Source of the DNA: Aduncisulcus paluster
Lineage: Eukaryota
Direction of reading: 5' to 3'
Assembly: GCA_024181965.1 (NCBI GenBank)
Contig: BQXS01010883.1
Location: 1 to 33,191, forward strand
DNA length: 33,191 nt
The stretch's first letter is position 1; every line of letters begins with the position of its first letter. The notes under the pieces are model-generated. The model saw only the letters and a program-made list of their open reading frames with translations. It was not told the DNA's origin and did not search any database. Position numbers and translations under genes: made by a program. Positions 1 through 9,646 of the stretch are shown one piece after another.

Positions 1-1
1 G

Positions 2-3000
2 ACCTACACGTCTTCATCCTCCTTCTCTTGTTCTCGTGCCTTTGCCAATGGTTCTGGTGCTGTTAATTGTCTTGGTGGTTGTGCGTATGGTCAAGAGTGT
101 CGAGAAGTTGATGCTGTCTCTAACCAAGGTGAGTGTAAGGATGTTGTTCCCGACCCTTCATTACATGCCTGTGTCTCCACCATGATTCTCTCGGATGACA
201 AGGTGTCTGGAACATCAACCACTTTTAGTGTCGCTTCCTTGAAATCTATAACTTCTCATTCGCTAACATGTGATAATGTTGCCAAGCTTAATGGTATTGA
301 GCATTTTCTTGAATTGCAAAATCTAAATTTGGATTGTCTTTCCGGACTATCCTCATTCACTTCTTTGAGATATCTTTCCACTCTAACTGGACTTATATCT
401 TTGAATTTGAATTCCTGTTCATCAACTTTGGATTATATCCCCGAACTAAATGGACTTTTTCCTTATTTGAATGAACTTGATCTCTCAAATATTTCCCTTG
501 AAGAAGATGCCCTCCAAACAATTTCTCAATTTACCCAACTTAGATCTTTGTTTCTCTGCAATTCTAATCTTTCTTTGATTCCTGACTTATCTAATTCGTC
601 TATATCTCTTCAAGAACTGGATATTCGACAAAATTCCATCTCTTCTTTGTCTGAAATCTTTGATTACTCGTTATTTTCTCTCTCAAATCTTTTTGCTGAT
701 GACAATTTAATTCGAGATCCATCACCCTTATATATTCTTTCGGATAGTTTATGCCAACTTTCTCTACAAAATAATTTAATTTGTGGAATTGATGAAGAAT
801 ATCTAAATTCATTCAAAAATCGTTTTATGAATGTCATTTGTTCAGTTAATTCATATGTTTTTGCTCCTCAAGCTGAGTGTTCATGTAATGAAATTGATTT
901 TATTTCTGATGGGAAAGTTTGTAATCCAGTATGGGAGGCTGATGGCACAATTGTCTATGAAGTTGAATGTTCTAGTTATTCATATCGTGTCAAGGATCCT
1001 TCAAATGATGATGGATTTAAGTGTATTGAATATGGATCAGGAGAAGATTCATCTGGGAATTCGGATATATTTAGCCTGTGTTTCTCGTGCAATGATCAAA
1101 ATGAACACATGGAGTGTGTTGAACAATCATCTTATGATCCATCTTATTCGTCCATATCTGTTGAATGTGCTTGCAAAGAGGGGTGGTATGGAGAAAATTG
1201 TGATGCTAAATGCCCCGTTCTGATCAACGATGGAAACGAAGACGTTTGTAGTGTTTCACTCTCTCAAGGAGAATGCAATACCTTTTCTCACATGTGTGAA
1301 TGCTCACTTGGATGGGGTGGAAGTAATTGTGCTGATGATCAGTGTAATATCCTTGGAGATTCTGGTGTATGTTCTGGGAATGGTGAATGTCAACAACTTT
1401 CTGATACTTCTTCATATTGTAACTGTTCTTTTGGGTTCAATGGTGATATTTGCGATGAGAGAGGCTGTTCGTATAATTCTCGATCTGATGAGTACTGTTC
1501 AGGTGCCGGATTTTGTGTTAAGGATACAACGGGAGATTATCATTGTTCCTCATGTTCTACTGGGTATGTTCTGGATGCTGACTTATCTGATTGCCTGGTT
1601 TTGTGTGATTCTGAATACTATTGTGGGAGACATGGTGTTTGTGTTGGTGAGAATGAATGTATTTGTGAAACTGGATATAGTGGAGCCCAATGTGATGAAT
1701 ACACTTGTGGTGATCAATTAGATCCATGTTCCAGTTCTACAAATCATGGATCCTGTAGTCGTTTAAGTTATATCGAACATTCTTGTGTGTGTGAACTTGG
1801 ATGGAACGGAAGTAATTGTGATATTGCAGGTTGTTCATTTTCATCCGATTCAAGCCTCCCTTCATGTGGAGATTATGGAGAATGTGTGCAAGACTCGAAC
1901 GTGAGTCAATGCATTTGTGATGCTGGTTGGGATTCTTCAACATTTTGTTTTGACCTTTCAGGAGAATGTGGTGACGATAGTGATAGTTTTTGTTCTCTTC
2001 ACGGAAACTGTGTGATCGATACCTCATCAAGTGAAAGTTCTTGTGATTGTTATGATGGTTGGACCGGATCTCTCTGTGAAACAGAAGATTGCGGTTGTGA
2101 TATTGCCAATATTCATTCCGAATGTGTAGATGGTGCTGTGAAAGCTACCAGGGTATGCGCATGTAAATTGGGATGGTCTGGAGATAATTGCCTGGATTCT
2201 GCTTGTAATTGTCACTCAAAAGGAGAATGTTATGTTAATGAAAACTTTGAACAATTATGTGAATGCAACGAGTATTACACTGGAGATTTCTGTGAAGAAT
2301 GTACAGATCCTATAAACTGTTTATATGTTTATGATAAGGATAATAATAGAAATCTTCAAATTTCGGTTTCTAACCAATGGCCATCAATGAAAGAGTTGTA
2401 TAACGTTTCATCGAGTTTTCTTTCTACCATGTCTTCTCATTCTCTCCATTCTGTTGAATTTGAAAGGTCCAACTTGTATATCCCGCAAGCTCAAATTGAT
2501 ATTATTTCCCAGAAACTTTTTGTTATCGAATCAAATGGACTTTTTTCCTATTGTTATTTTGAAAATCAAGCCAAACATGGTTCAATTATTTCTGATGGAG
2601 TTATTCTTTTTCTAAATAGTGTTGGATTCGTATTTTGTTCATTGTTTGAAGGAGATTCCTTTATTTGCAAGACCATAAATGATCTTGATCCATCAATTTG
2701 TGATGTAAGTCAAAAATCTGACAAGTTAGTTCACAATTCTTCATGTAGTCCTTCCATATTCTACTCCATTTCTGGAGAATCACTATCTCTGGTTCCTCTC
2801 TTTGTGACACCTCCTTGTTCAAATGAGATAGATGGTGTAGTCATCCGAATTTATGAAGATGTTTTAATGAAGTGCCTCGGTGAATCATCATCTTGGAGTT
2901 TGGTAACATTTAATGATGTTGTTAATGTTGAGTTCGAGTCAAACATTTCAAATAATGGCGTTGAAAGATATTCAGAGGGAAATAATCAACACATTTATTT

Positions 3001-3034
3001 AAATTTGGCTCAAATTGGTGGAATTATTATCTAA
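2..3034 (+). CDS. Leucine-rich-repeat + EGF-like repeat cysteine-rich protein, 5'-partial
   Basis: The frame of ORF 182..3034 stays open back to base 2 (TYTSSSSFSCSRAF...CKDVVPDPSLHACVST-M), so the start lies outside the window. LRRs (e.g. LNELDLSNISL, LRSLFLCNSNL, LQELDIRQNSI, LCQLSLQNNLI) are followed by about 10 EGF-like units (CxCxxG[WYF]xGxxC) at ~1100-2300. Stop is TAA at 3032-3034, and no clear C-terminal TM segment is seen. Confidence 0.85.
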   Translation, partial: TYTSSSSFSCSRAFANGSGAVNCLGGCAYGQECREVDAVSNQGECKDVVPDPSLHACVSTMILSDDKVSGTSTTFSVASLKSITSHSLTCDNVAKLNGIEHFLELQNLNLDCLSGLSSFTSLRYLSTLTGLISLNLNSCSSTLDYIPELNGLFPYLNELDLSNISLEEDALQTISQFTQLRSLFLCNSNLSLIPDLSNSSISLQELDIRQNSISSLSEIFDYSLFSLSNLFADDNLIRDPSPLYILSDSLCQLSLQNNLICGIDEEYLNSFKNRFMNVICSVNSYVFAPQAECSCNEIDFISDGKVCNPVWEADGTIVYEVECSSYSYRVKDPSNDDGFKCIEYGSGEDSSGNSDIFSLCFSCNDQNEHMECVEQSSYDPSYSSISVECACKEGWYGENCDAKCPVLINDGNEDVCSVSLSQGECNTFSHMCECSLGWGGSNCADDQCNILGDSGVCSGNGECQQLSDTSSYCNCSFGFNGDICDERGCSYNSRSDEYCSGAGFCVKDTTGDYHCSSCSTGYVLDADLSDCLVLCDSEYYCGRHGVCVGENECICETGYSGAQCDEYTCGDQLDPCSSSTNHGSCSRLSYIEHSCVCELGWNGSNCDIAGCSFSSDSSLPSCGDYGECVQDSNVSQCICDAGWDSSTFCFDLSGECGDDSDSFCSLHGNCVIDTSSSESSCDCYDGWTGSLCETEDCGCDIANIHSECVDGAVKATRVCACKLGWSGDNCLDSACNCHSKGECYVNENFEQLCECNEYYTGDFCEECTDPINCLYVYDKDNNRNLQISVSNQWPSMKELYNVSSSFLSTMSSHSLHSVEFERSNLYIPQAQIDIISQKLFVIESNGLFSYCYFENQAKHGSIISDGVILFLNSVGFVFCSLFEGDSFICKTINDLDPSICDVSQKSDKLVHNSSCSPSIFYSISGESLSLVPLFVTPPCSNEIDGVVIRIYEDVLMKCLGESSSWSLVTFNDVVNVEFESNISNNGVERYSEGNNQHIYLNLAQIGGIII

Positions 3035-3576
3035 AATCTTCTTCATTTCAAGTATTTCCTCTTTTTTTCATCATTTTTTTTTTTTTTTCCTTTTCTTTCT
3101 TTTTCTATTTCTCTTTCTCAAACATTGGATTTGTGTCTAATATATAATATAATTTTTATTATCCTTTCTCCTCTTTGGTTTACACAAATATCATTATTTT
3201 TATTTTGGATTCCCTGTTTTAAACCTCACTGTATACATTTTTGATATTTTTTTTTCAAACCTTGAGCATTTTATTATTATTCCACTTATCGATGAATTAT
3301 ACTGTACTGTTCTATATTAATTGCTTTCAACAAAGATGCTCTTAGAGCAGCTCTACGAATTGCACGTTTTTCTAATTTGCATGTTTAATTGTTGATTGCA
3401 ATTTACAAACTTCTTAAAATAAAAATCATCCTGAATCAAGATTTTTGATCAAGATTAAGCTAAATTTAAACATTTAAAATTAAAAGCATGAAACATAGCT
3501 ATCTATACAGCGAACACGATATATTATTACGGTGTCACCACTTCGAATGAAAAAGCAAACATAATACACCGACCAT

Positions 3577-4422
3577 CTATTCAATTGAATCTTGAATAGG
3601 CAAAGTTGATAAGCGTTTCTCAAGGGTTTGGGCAAGAGTTTCAACCATAGAGATTTTTTGCTCGAGTGATTCTCGTAAAGTTTCGATTGATCTAGAAAAC
3701 TCCTTAGATTCTAGTTCATGCGCTTCTCTTTCCATCTTCAAAGTTGATTTAAGCTCTTCAACTGTAGTTTCTAACTCTTTGATTCTTTTTTCGTGAGTGT
3801 CGAATAATCTTTCATTTCTCGTGACCATTGGTTCTAAAATTGGTGCAAGTCTGAGTCGTTCATCGCTGTGATATTTTTCAAGTTTTGCTTGTTCTTCACG
3901 TCTTTTTTTCATAGTTTCTCGCAAGATATCCTGTTGAATGATCATGTTATCAGTGATAACACTTCGAATACCATATAGTTCGCATTCTTCGGTATCAAAC
4001 CAACTTTCAGTGGCTAGAATATCAAATGATGAGACCTCTGAAACGGAGATTGGAAGTTTGAACCATTTAAAAGAACGGGATTCGACAAGAGGAACCTCAA
4101 AGCTTTTTTCAATATTGTCTCCGCTTTCAGTATTGAGAATAAATTTTATAAAATGCGGAGCAGATTCATAGCCAAATACACAAATCAAGAAATAATCGAT
4201 GTGAGATGGATGAAAAAACGAAAAATGTAATGAATTAAATGCTAGAGTGTCTGCATCTTCAATGAACTTAATCATTCGAGAATCACTCCAAAATTCAGAA
4301 GCATATTCTCCATGACATTTTGATTTATCAAATGGAATAACATTCTTGTGTTCAATTGGGAAGGGAGGAGATTGGGTGAAAAAAGAAACTTTCTTAACGA
4401 ATATAGCGGGATCGATCGACAT
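3577..4422 (-). CDS. Hypothetical protein: N-terminal beta-rich domain (possibly DOC/APC10- or galactose-binding-like) plus C-terminal coiled coil
   Basis: 281-aa ATG-to-TAG ORF. The C-terminal ~110 aa is heptad/EK-rich (KRIKELETTVEELKSTLKMERE). The N-terminal fold call is inferred from an alternating hydrophobic pattern (FKWFKLPISVSEVSSFDI...W...ELYGIR). Confidence 0.7.
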   Translation of the reverse strand: MSIDPAIFVKKVSFFTQSPPFPIEHKNVIPFDKSKCHGEYASEFWSDSRMIKFIEDADTLAFNSLHFSFFHPSHIDYFLICVFGYESAPHFIKFILNTESGDNIEKSFEVPLVESRSFKWFKLPISVSEVSSFDILATESWFDTEECELYGIRSVITDNMIIQQDILRETMKKRREEQAKLEKYHSDERLRLAPILEPMVTRNERLFDTHEKRIKELETTVEELKSTLKMEREAHELESKEFSRSIETLRESLEQKISMVETLAQTLEKRLSTLPIQDSIE

Positions 4423-4686
4423 TTATGGACATAAAATAAACAAAAACAACTTTTATATTATATGACTAAAAGAGAACTCGTTCAATAAACCGTGCTCGGG
4501 AAAAATGACATTTTTTTTTCTTCAACTTGAAGAACGCAAGTTGTAGATTCGTTACTGTAGTAAATAATATAATAAGGAACAGAAATATATTTCTTATATG
4601 ATTTAAAATTTATTCATATTATCCTTATTCCTAATTCCACTAGAACTTCTAGTCTAGAAGAAAAATCAGAGACTATCCACAACACA

Positions 4687-6270
4687 TTATTCTTCAATTT
4701 CATCATTTTCCTCTGCTTTACGAATAAGAGGCGAGAGCAATTTACAAACAATAGTCAAAATACCATCCATAATTCGCCGCCCGAAAATATTTTGACACTT
4801 AAAGCCAAATCTTGCCATAGATCCGACCATATGGACGGCCTTAGCTGAAGGAGCAACTGTCATTAGCTCACAGGCGACCTTTGAAGCTGGTGTCCCAATC
4901 AAAGAGTCAATATTTCTTAGTAACCAGCTTGACGATCCCCCAATACGATTGCTCGTCAGTTCCCTCTTGTAAAATTCAGTTCCTGAGACAGCTCCCGGAC
5001 ATCCACACCCAATATCTATTCCCATTCCTCTATATTCAGAGGACAAGCTCCTTGTCAGGCCAGCGATGGCAGTCTTATTGGAGGAGTACAGTGCGAGGAA
5101 AGGCATGGGAGTTGCACCGACAAGGGAACACGTGAATGTAAGAGATCCGATCCGTTTTTGATGCTCTAGTCGTTGAGAATCATGCATATTCTGAATAAAA
5201 TATTGAGATAAAAATACATACGAAACAAAGTTAAGATCGATTTGTTTCTGAATGGCAGAATGCGATAAACTTTCATATGAACAAAATTCACCTCCTCCTG
5301 CATTCAAATAAACCATTCTGATATCTACCTTATCTAAAAGCTGAGATAGAATAGGAATATATTTTGGAATGGGAGAGACAAATCTATCACATTGGTCAGA
5401 AGGTTCATCCAAATCAGAATCATCTGAAGAATCAGAATCCTTGCATTTCTCCATGGTGGGCCTGTTAGAACTATCAGCAAGATCTAACCGTATCACACGC
5501 ACTTTTACACCTTCCAATGCCATTCTAAGGGCCATTTTGGCTAATTTTTGAACGTTTCTTCCAGTGATAATTGTTGGAATCTGAGAACAAGCAAGAATGG
5601 ACGATATATGAGAGCCAATACCTCCAGTAGCTCCAGAGACAAATGCCCATTGGGAAATAGGGATATCACGTGAATTATTATTCATTTTGTAACGTTTTGT
5701 ACTCATTTTTTTAACTTTAAAAATTGTTGAATATGGATAGGTTGTAAAGGAATCAAAAACGGCCTTTATATTAGAATCACTTTCCAAAATCTCAAAAAAT
5801 TTGAGAGAAGATGAAGATAATGACTCTGAATTTATGTTAGAAAAGTGATGAGATCCGGATTCACAATCACAGAACTCAATTTGTCCGAGGGTTGTACGAA
5901 TGGTAGATGGCTCCACCTTATTCCTACAATTATGAATTGCCATTTGAGTTCGATATGAAGAGATATATGAAGAAACAATATTGGCAAAGAAATCCTTAAT
6001 TATGGATCGAAGGAAAAAAACGATTCTTACCATCCAAATCAAAATGAAAATGATGCATATAAAATAGCAAAACAAGAATATTCGATCATAAATAGATTCG
6101 ACATTCATAAATATATTCTCCGTCATAGTTTTAACATTCCATTTCGCGCTCCATCCATCAAATACATTTTTTTTATATTTCCTTATTTTTTCAAGAAGTG
6201 ATTTGGGCGATTCATTCATTAAATCGTCAATAAAACGTAAAAAATCGCTAAATTGATAGTTTTTCTTCAT
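4687..6270 (-). CDS. Short-chain dehydrogenase/reductase with N-terminal membrane anchor (17beta-HSD12/3-ketoacyl-CoA reductase-like)
   Basis: Rossmann motif WAFVSGATGGIG, NAG motif (LNAGG), catalytic YxxxK (YSSNK) preceded by CS, and a hydrophobic segment IFLFCYFICIIFILIWMV. The first ATG is at 6270; the track start at 6279 is TTG. Confidence 0.85.
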   Translation of the reverse strand: MKKNYQFSDFLRFIDDLMNESPKSLLEKIRKYKKNVFDGWSAKWNVKTMTENIFMNVESIYDRIFLFCYFICIIFILIWMVRIVFFLRSIIKDFFANIVSSYISSYRTQMAIHNCRNKVEPSTIRTTLGQIEFCDCESGSHHFSNINSESLSSSSLKFFEILESDSNIKAVFDSFTTYPYSTIFKVKKMSTKRYKMNNNSRDIPISQWAFVSGATGGIGSHISSILACSQIPTIITGRNVQKLAKMALRMALEGVKVRVIRLDLADSSNRPTMEKCKDSDSSDDSDLDEPSDQCDRFVSPIPKYIPILSQLLDKVDIRMVYLNAGGGEFCSYESLSHSAIQKQIDLNFVSYVFLSQYFIQNMHDSQRLEHQKRIGSLTFTCSLVGATPMPFLALYSSNKTAIAGLTRSLSSEYRGMGIDIGCGCPGAVSGTEFYKRELTSNRIGGSSSWLLRNIDSLIGTPASKVACELMTVAPSAKAVHMVGSMARFGFKCQNIFGRRIMDGILTIVCKLLSPLIRKAEENDEIEE

Positions 6271-6473
6271 GATTACCAAGGAAAAGTAACAAATTCATTT
6301 GCAGATCGACACTGTCGAAATGGGCCATTTGCACTGCATCCGTTAATTAATGCTAAAAATAATTGTGATTTTACTCAATGAAAAAAACCAAAATACATAA
6401 TATATACAAACATAACAAAATGTGTGATCTGTGGACGGTTAGGACAACAATTCAAATTTAATTACACTGAAAT

Positions 6474-7022
6474 TCATTTAAAAACCGAAAGAGCATCTAT
6501 AATTTTGGGATTTTTCATTATGAGATGCGTAAATTCTTCTTCACTTATGAGGTTATCCTTATTACGATCGCCAGCCGAAAACATCTCATCTGTTACATTT
6601 TTAAGCACTCTATCATCGGCGTGTTTCCCAGTTTGTTCAATTGCAGCCTTTAGAATGGATCTTACCTCATCCTCATCAATCATTCCATCCTTATTCCTGT
6701 CGAACAAAGCAAAAGCAAAATGGATTCGGCGTTCGAGATCAAGACGGGTGCTGAAGAACGCAACACCAAGTACATACTCTCTAAAACTCAATATTTTATC
6801 ATCATCAAGATCAAATGCCCGAAATATACGCTCCATAATCTCACCAGCTGTTAATCCAAGGGCTTCTTGGAATGATGAAGATGTTAATCCAGTCTTATCC
6901 TCCATTCTTTCAAGGGCCGAAATATAATTCACATGTAAATTTTTGATTTCTTCAGGAGACAAAGAAGACTCTTTGCTCAACTCTTTTATGGTCTTTCGAC
7001 TAATACTTGGACAGCATCCCAT
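6474..7022 (-). CDS. Calcineurin B-like / NCS-type EF-hand calcium sensor, predicted N-myristoylated and palmitoylated
   Basis: 182 aa with N-terminus MGCCPS (MGxxxS plus Cys). EF loops DLDDDKILSFRE, DRNKDGMIDEDE and DRNKDNLISEEE; segment RIHFAFALFD; C-terminal FTHLIMKNP. Confidence 0.9.
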   Translation of the reverse strand: MGCCPSISRKTIKELSKESSLSPEEIKNLHVNYISALERMEDKTGLTSSSFQEALGLTAGEIMERIFRAFDLDDDKILSFREYVLGVAFFSTRLDLERRIHFAFALFDRNKDGMIDEDEVRSILKAAIEQTGKHADDRVLKNVTDEMFSAGDRNKDNLISEEEFTHLIMKNPKIIDALSVFK

Positions 7023-7205
7023 AGGTATGATATATCAACAAGAAGTAAACAATAAGAATACAGTCAAGATGAAAAAAGAATAATAGTTGATAAAGTGTAT
7101 AATGTCAAAAAAACACCACTAAATTCCAAAATGACTTTGGTAGTTGGCAACAAAGGTAAATTCTGCAATTAATAATAATAATATTTAATAAGTGAATCAA
7201 ATGAT

Positions 7206-8312
7206 TTATTCCTTAATCAATATTTCTTTTTCTTTAAGTACTTCGAACAACTCGTGTGAGGAGAAGGCAAGTACTCCATCTGCATTACTCGTGACCATTG
7301 GTTCTGTTACAGGATATAAAAGTGGTGTTCCGAACTTATTGGTCACAAAACCTCCCATTGTCTCCAGAATAGCTTGAGGTCCACAAGTGTCCCAATATGA
7401 TGTTCCAAACTTGGGATAGAAATACAAATCAGCATCACCAGTTAAAATGCTCATCATCTTTCCACCTGCACCGTTCATTGGAATCATTTCGAGATGGAAC
7501 TTTGATTCCAAGTTAACCCTCATTTCTTCACAATACTTATCATAATGAGAGGATGAAGACGTTGTATGTAACTCTTTTTTCTCAGCGGCAGGAGGGTAAT
7601 CTGTTGGGAAACCCCTCTTTTTAAGGATGTATGGTGCAATACCAACAGCTTTCCCACCATAATACAAACAATCCTTAATATCTCCTCTGAATGGGAAATA
7701 CGTAACTCCAAGAAGAGGAACACCATCTTTGGTGGCAACTCCACACAAAACTGAGACGCCAAAGTAGTTACCTCTGACGAAAGCTTGGGTGGCATCAAGA
7801 GGATCGATGAACATAACTAAATCAGATTCTTTCAATCCATCGCCAAGGGAAAGGTCTGTGTATGGAGTGGGAACGAGGAACTCAGAGCCTCCATCTGGAG
7901 TGAATGGCACTAAACTGGACACAAGTTTCTTTTCCAACCAAGGAGGAATAATGTCTTTTGTAACATGTCCTTCTTCACCGACCAAATGAATATCCGGGTA
8001 TTCTTTTCTAATATTTGAGGCAATAATATATTGGGCAGTTTTATCAGCTATCGTAACTGGAGAATCATCGCCTTTGGTCTTAGTATCGAGTTTACCAGAC
8101 CTAAATATGATGTTTTTTAAGAAACAAAAAGAAATTGAAAGACAATGATAACATAACACAATGATTTTGTGAGTTAGAGATCAAAGAATGACAGAAGATG
8201 ATCATCCACAATAAAAAACATACTCTGCAACAATTTTAATCATATCTCCAGCATTAAGAATAATAGGGATTAAATATTTTAGTAATTTTACAAGATCAAA
8301 TGTCGAATCCAT
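7206..8312 (-). CDS. Inositol monophosphatase-family 3'(2'),5'-bisphosphate nucleotidase (BPNT1/IMPAD1-like), 2 exons: 8312-8224 and 8100-7206, 327 aa
   Basis: Motifs SPVTIAD, VGEE, FIDPLDAT, GAGGK and WDTCGPQAILETMGG. Splicing the GTATGT...TTTAG intron gives in-frame MDSTFDLVKLLKYLIPIILNAGDMIKIVAE|SGKLDTKTKGDDSPVT, which restores the family's first helix. Confidence 0.9.
8101..8223 (-). other. Spliceosomal intron, 123 nt, phase 2
   Basis: Donor GTATGT at 8223, acceptor ATTTAG ending at 8101, U-rich interior; removal restores the frame (GA|G = Glu). Confidence 0.85.
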
Positions 8313-8509
8313 CTCAGAAATCTGCAAATTATTTTCCCTTGAATAATGAAGAATAAAAACATGCTTCGATATGAATTTATGTTATATGCCTGAATATTAA
8401 TACGAAAGAAATATTTTATATTATATTTTGCGAAAGCAATCAGTGACAAAAAAAATTTCTATTTTCTTGACTGGGTTCACAATATTTACTTTGATATTCC
8501 AATTTGATT

Positions 8510-9475
8510 ATGAAAAAAGTAAGCTCGGCTCCAAAATCTCTTGGATTAAAACCGATTCCTTCTGTTAATTCAGGGTCTCAATGGAACACCCTTGGTTCGA
8601 TCCCTTCTCTTAGAAAAAAAGTTGAATCATTGTTGCTCAGTAAGCTCCCAGATACCATAGAAAATAAGAAATTTATCCATGAAGAGCTCTGGAGTATAGC
8701 TGTTCCTTGCCAGGATTCCACCGTATACCAAACTATACGGGAGAAATTATGGGGAAAAGAGGTAAAACCCACTTCTAAAGAAATTTTGGCAAACCAAAAG
8801 CAAATGGAAGCTCGTGCAATCAAAATGAGCGAGGAATTCTTTTCAGTTCTCCCTTCATCATGTTCTCCATCAGTTTCTTATGATGTTGGCTGTGGAAACA
8901 TGATTGTTACTAAATATCTCTCCGAGAGAATATATTCTTCCTCAAAAGATCCAAGCACATCCATCATCTATGGATTTGATATTGATACTCCCCATTCAGT
9001 TCCCGTCCATTGTGAGTTCATAAAATGTCCTGCTGAATCGCTTGTTCAAGGAGCAAAAGATCTCCCAAGGCCTCAAATGATCACATGTTTCAATACTGTT
9101 CACCACATGGCCAGTCCCCTTAAGGCCTTATATTCTTGTTGTGATTTGCTCCAGGACGATGGATATATTATTTTACGTGAACATAATTGTACCAATCCGG
9201 AATATGGATTACTATTGGATATTCAACATGGTCTCAATTTTTGTTGTTTCTCTCGAATACAAATGATGGAGATTGATGAATTTATCAAGACTTTCAAAAG
9301 CATTTACATTAATCAGTGGATCATTGGTGATATTTTGGAGTCCAAGGGTCTTAAGCTTATTGGCATGTATGATCTTGATGGAAAGTTAAGTCCAGCATCT
9401 GGAAAGTTAGAGAAAATGGAAGAATACCAACTGTCGACGCTTGGAACTCCTTTCTATTTTATTTACAAGAAATAG
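8510..9475 (+). CDS. Class I SAM-dependent methyltransferase
   Basis: Motif I YDVGCG, acidic strand GFDID, ITCFNTVHHM and DGYIILREH. The first ATG is at 8510 (8504 is TTG); stop is TAG. Confidence 0.85.
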   Translation: MKKVSSAPKSLGLKPIPSVNSGSQWNTLGSIPSLRKKVESLLLSKLPDTIENKKFIHEELWSIAVPCQDSTVYQTIREKLWGKEVKPTSKEILANQKQMEARAIKMSEEFFSVLPSSCSPSVSYDVGCGNMIVTKYLSERIYSSSKDPSTSIIYGFDIDTPHSVPVHCEFIKCPAESLVQGAKDLPRPQMITCFNTVHHMASPLKALYSCCDLLQDDGYIILREHNCTNPEYGLLLDIQHGLNFCCFSRIQMMEIDEFIKTFKSIYINQWIIGDILESKGLKLIGMYDLDGKLSPASGKLEKMEEYQLSTLGTPFYFIYKK

Positions 9476-9646
9476 ATCAATTATTATTTTTTGCTAAGTA
9501 TAATTCCATCTATTATAGAACGATATTCCACGAAAATAATCCCTCGCTTTCACATTCTGAATGAGAATTGTGACAAACATCCTTACCTTAGATTTCAATT
9601 AATAATAATAATAACCTTAATAAATGATAAGATATGGCACGGATAT

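Noticed and set aside
4640..4660. Overlapping palindromes CTAGAA-c-TTCTAG and CTTCTAG-t-CTAGAAG (similar ones at ~3337-3355)
   Set aside because: They are short, in AT-rich spacers and have no supporting context, so they are compatible with chance.
8101..8223. Intron-encoded box C/D snoRNA (GGATGATCA near the 5' end)
   Set aside because: Box C is imperfect and the intron has no CTGA box D.
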